Part shown: in pieces, positions 19,801 to 23,427 of the stretch
Layout of the letters: every line of letters starts with the position of its first letter
How positions within the stretch are numbered: the stretch's first letter is position 1
Source of the DNA: Nitrincola sp.
GTDB lineage: Bacteria; Pseudomonadota; Gammaproteobacteria; Pseudomonadales; Balneatricaceae
NCBI RefSeq assembly: GCF_048264025.1
Contig: NZ_JBLXDN010000004.1
Coordinates: 30,026 to 94,025 of the forward strand
Direction: 5' to 3'
Length of the DNA stretch: 64,000 bases
The notes under the pieces: model-generated
Databases searched by the model: none
Told to the model about the DNA's origin: nothing
Seen by the model: the letters and a program-made list of their open reading frames with translations, nothing else
Translations under genes and position numbers: made by a program

Positions 19801-22800
19801 TCCGGTGGTGCACTGCAGCGCATCGAAAGCCTGGGACACAATGCTGGGGGCCGTGATAGCGTTACCATCGGCGATGGTGACGTTACCTTCGTTGGGGGCT
19901 TTGGCGGTGATACGCTGAACATTAACTCTAACCGCACGGCCTTCCGTATTCTGGCGGGCGACAATGCACGTATTATTTTTTCACCGGTTCAGGATATTCG
20001 TGAACAGGCCGCCAGCCTGACGCGTATCATCACTCTGGATCAGGTGTCAGCCACCGGTGGTAATGATGTGATGAACATCGGCATTTCCGGAGCTTCCACT
20101 GGCGATATGGGTGAAGTCATCGCACTGGGTGGTGTGGGTTCTGATGCGATCCGTGTGTCTGGTGAACGCGCTCGGGTAACCTTGATTGGTGACAATGGTG
20201 AGGTGCAGCGTGTGGCTGGGCACCAGGGACATCGCTTGCTGGTTAGCAGTCTGGATCCAACACTCGGTGCGGGGGGGACCTTGCAGACTGTAGCCGGTGA
20301 CTATGTCATTATCGGTGGTTCTGGAAGCGATAATATTCGTACTGGTAAAGGTACAGGGGTCGTATTTGGGGACCATGGACGCATCAGCTATTCAGCATCG
20401 GGTTACCTGAGCTCTTTGACCAGTTTGTCGATTGCACAGGGTGGTAATGACACCATCGAGCTGGGTGTCGGTAGTGGTATCGATGGTCATAAATATGTTA
20501 TCGGTGGCGTTGGCTCTGACAACATTACCCTAAGTTCTAACCGCGGTTCAGCTGCAGACCCTATCGAGCGCGCTATTGCCGGTGACAACGTCAGTATGGC
20601 CTTTGATGTCTTGGGACGAATGACCAGTTTCACTACACTCGACAGTGAGTTGGCAACCGGCGGTAACGACCAGATTACCCTGAGTATGTCAGGTGATCGT
20701 GAGAGTGAAGTGATCACGGATTACAATGTTGTTGCCGGTGGTATGGGTGATGACGATATCAATATACAAGGGTCAACACGCAGTAGTGATGTGGTTTCAG
20801 GTGATAACCTGGATTATCGCCGTAGCATCAGTGTTAGCGGCGAACGCCAACATCTGTTTGCTGGAGTGCTAGTGCCAACAGCCGGCGGTAATGACATTAT
20901 TCGTGTTGGCGCTGGTGAAAAGATCCTGTTCGGTGGACAAGGGAATGATCGCATTACCGCTAATACCGAGTCTGGTGATCGTACCGTTATGTTCGGCGAT
21001 GCTGGTAATGCGGTGTTTAACAGCAACGGCAATGGTGAGTTGATCCAGTTACTTTCAACCTCTGCGCAGTTGGGTGGTCAGGATAACCTGACGGTAACCG
21101 GTGGTGAACTGTTCCTGTTTGCTGGACTGGGCCGTGACACTGTGACGGTGACCGGAAATGATGAATCAACACGTATAATCAGTGCGGCCAGTGCTCAGGT
21201 TAACTTTGATCAGGGCGTTGCAGTACTGCTGCAAAGTGCAGGGCCTGATCAGGTTGATGCGGGCAGTGCTGACACCCATTTCATTCTGCCCAACTCAGGT
21301 ACCAATTTTGTTATTGGGGGGGCTGGTTTTGATACGCTTACAGGCAGTCAGGGCGATCAGCATCGACTTTTACCTGGCAGCGGTTCGATCAACCTGCTGA
21401 CTAAAGTAGTCAGTGTGGTGGTGTTAGGTGATGAGGGCGAACTTGGTTTCACTTTAGAGGGTGAGTATGCCACTGGGCTGCCTGATGAGAACGGCGTTTA
21501 TTTGAAACGTCCAGGACGTGATTTTGTTCGTGCTGCCCCGGTGGTGGACCCGGATGATCCAGATCCTGCTGACCCGGATGAGCCGACTGATTTCACCTAT
21601 TTTGGTGCGGGCAGTGTGACCGAGGACCTGGCTAACGAAATTTCCGGACGGATCGCCTATCCTGCACTGGAGGGTGGTTTTGCCACCTTTGATGCTCAGC
21701 AAAATAGCCAGGCTGGACTGTATGGCTACCTCACTGTGTTGGAAAATGGTGCCTGGCGTTACAACCTGGCCCATGACGCGCAAGGATTAAATGCTGACTT
21801 GAATGCTCGGGTACAGGCGTTGACTGATGGTGATCAGCGTACTGAGTATTTCACCGTAACGACCACCGATGGTAGTACTACCACGGTCATCATCACAGTG
21901 AATGGTCGTACAGATACCCCGGCAGATGTGAATGCCCAGATACAGGAAGATGCTGAGCAACTGAGTATTTCTGGTCAGGTAGTCGATACAAATGATCCGC
22001 AACAGCGCACGCTGTTCCAGCCGTTTGAGTCCGTGGGAACTTTTGGTGTTCTAGTGCTCCATGCTGATGGACGCTGGGAGTACCAGTTGGATAATGACAA
22101 AGCCCAGTCACTACGTGAGGGTGAACTGGGAATAGAGCTGTTCCTGGTACAAACCCTGGATGGAGCAACCAGCCAAATTGCCATCACTGTCGAAGGTGTC
22201 AATGATGCGGCTGAAATTCAAGGCAGTTCGACTGCCGCACTGGTAGAAGATGCGCTGGATGCCGAACGTGAACTGCGGGTGGAAGGTCAACTTCGTGTTG
22301 TGGACCCGGATACAGGTGAAGATCGCTTTGATTTGCAACGAATCGAGGCGGCTCAGGGCGTGCTTGGACAACTGCAACTCAGTGCTGAGGGCGACTGGGT
22401 TTACACTCTGCACAATGGTGATATTCAGTATCTGCATGCAGGCGAAACACTGATTGAAACTTTCACCGTTTACTCACTGGATGGCACCGCATCAGAGGTG
22501 ATACAGATTACCTTGACCGGGGTAAATAACCCTGCTCAGATTGCCGGCCAGTTCAGTGGACAAGTGGTTGAAAAACAACAACTCAGTGCCTCAGGCAGCC
22601 TGACTGTCATGGATGCTGATCAAGATCAGTCGTCTTTCCAGCCAGCCAGCTACCACAGTGCTTATGGCCAATTGCAGATCAATGCTCAAGGCCAGTGGGG
22701 CTATCAGTTGCAGGCTGACAGTCAAGCACTGCGTGATCTGAATCGTGATCAGGTGGTTTATGACCGTTTCACACTGAATACACTGGATGGCACGACCTTC

Positions 22801-23427
22801 ATCGTGGAGGTTCGGATCACGGGTGAAACGGGTGTACGAGAAGCCGGTCAAGACAGTGATGCTCTATACCCGCCAAGTGCCATTGATTGGGGGCAGCTGT
22901 CTCCCTCAAATTCGGTGAAAGCCTCCTACAGTCATACTAGCGATGTTGATACTGATCGTGATGGCAAAGACGATGATGATCTGCCAGATGTTCAAATCAG
23001 TCTACTCACACTGGGTCAGCAAGGCTTTATGCAACTCAAGCCGCTGGCTCCCCCTGTAACGGGGGTACAGTTGCGTACCGATCTTTCCAAAGGGCTGCTG
23101 GAGCAGGGTTTACAGATAGAGTCGCTGCCCCTGGCAAACACTGATGCCGATGAAGCCGTCGATAATGATGAACAAGACGCTGTCGAGCAAGCTGATCAGG
23201 TCCTGGATTTACTGGATCCAGGTTTATCAGCCGAGGGTGAGTCTTTCAACCCTACTGGTTCAGAGATACCTGATGAAGAGGATCAAGAGCTCGATGCAAC
23301 CGAAGAAGCAGAAGAAACCCAAGAGATAAATGAAGACGCTGCCAGTTTGCAAGCGTTGCAGACCCTGGCACAGACCGCCGCGTTAACAACCCGTCCTGGA
23401 CGTATTCTCTGGGGTTGGAACGGATGA
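4861..23427 (+). CDS. Giant 6188-aa secreted-adhesin-like protein (LEPR-XLL-like motif, DUF4347-like domain, long mostly non-repetitive body, RTX-like repeats, ~70-aa super-repeats, 4 VCBS-type repeats, acidic tail)
   Basis: Uninterrupted 18.6-kb ORF with GGAGGA 7 nt upstream of the ATG. No hydrophobic signal peptide. Only about 5 Cys seen by eye. Gly/Asp-rich Ca-binding-type repeats and VCBS-like repeats are typical of type-1-secreted giant adhesins. Confidence 0.9.
   Translation: [6188 protein letters not shown]
5008..5028 (+). other. LEPR-XLL-like N-terminal motif (LEQRFML) of the giant protein
   Basis: [12 protein letters not shown] at residues ~48-59 resembles the LEPRxLL(S/F)(A/G)D signature found at the N-termini of very large repetitive bacterial proteins. 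Confidence 0.5.
5155..5640 (+). other. DUF4347-like domain of the giant protein
   Basis: [14 protein letters not shown] ... [48 protein letters not shown] ... [38 protein letters not shown] ... GGNWIFEY matches my memory of the DUF4347 pattern. Confidence 0.7.
17060..18190 (+). repeat. RTX-like Gly/Asp nonapeptide-type repeat blocks (protein level)
   Basis: [85 protein letters not shown] and [29 protein letters not shown] all fit GGxGxDxUx-like units. Confidence 0.7.
18250..21215 (+). repeat. About 14 tandem ~60-75-aa super-repeats (GGxDxI ... GGxGxDxI ... GDNGxI/F), protein level
   Basis: Recurring units start with [120 protein letters not shown] and [10 protein letters not shown]. Each is followed by a second GGxGxD box and a GDN(G/A)-x-(I/V/F) strand. 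Confidence 0.7.
21610..22827 (+). repeat. Four tandem ~100-aa VCBS-type repeats (protein level)
   Basis: Each unit ends with a strand plus a V/TxG-x-N/T-D/N-x-A/P boundary: [102 protein letters not shown]. Each has an internal G-x-W-x-Y motif (GAWRYNL, GRWEYQL, GDWVYTL, GQWGYQL). Confidence 0.75.
22840..23424 (+). other. Acidic, low-complexity C-terminal tail of the giant protein
   Basis: [15 protein letters not shown] ... [24 protein letters not shown] ... [29 protein letters not shown]. Confidence 0.7.
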
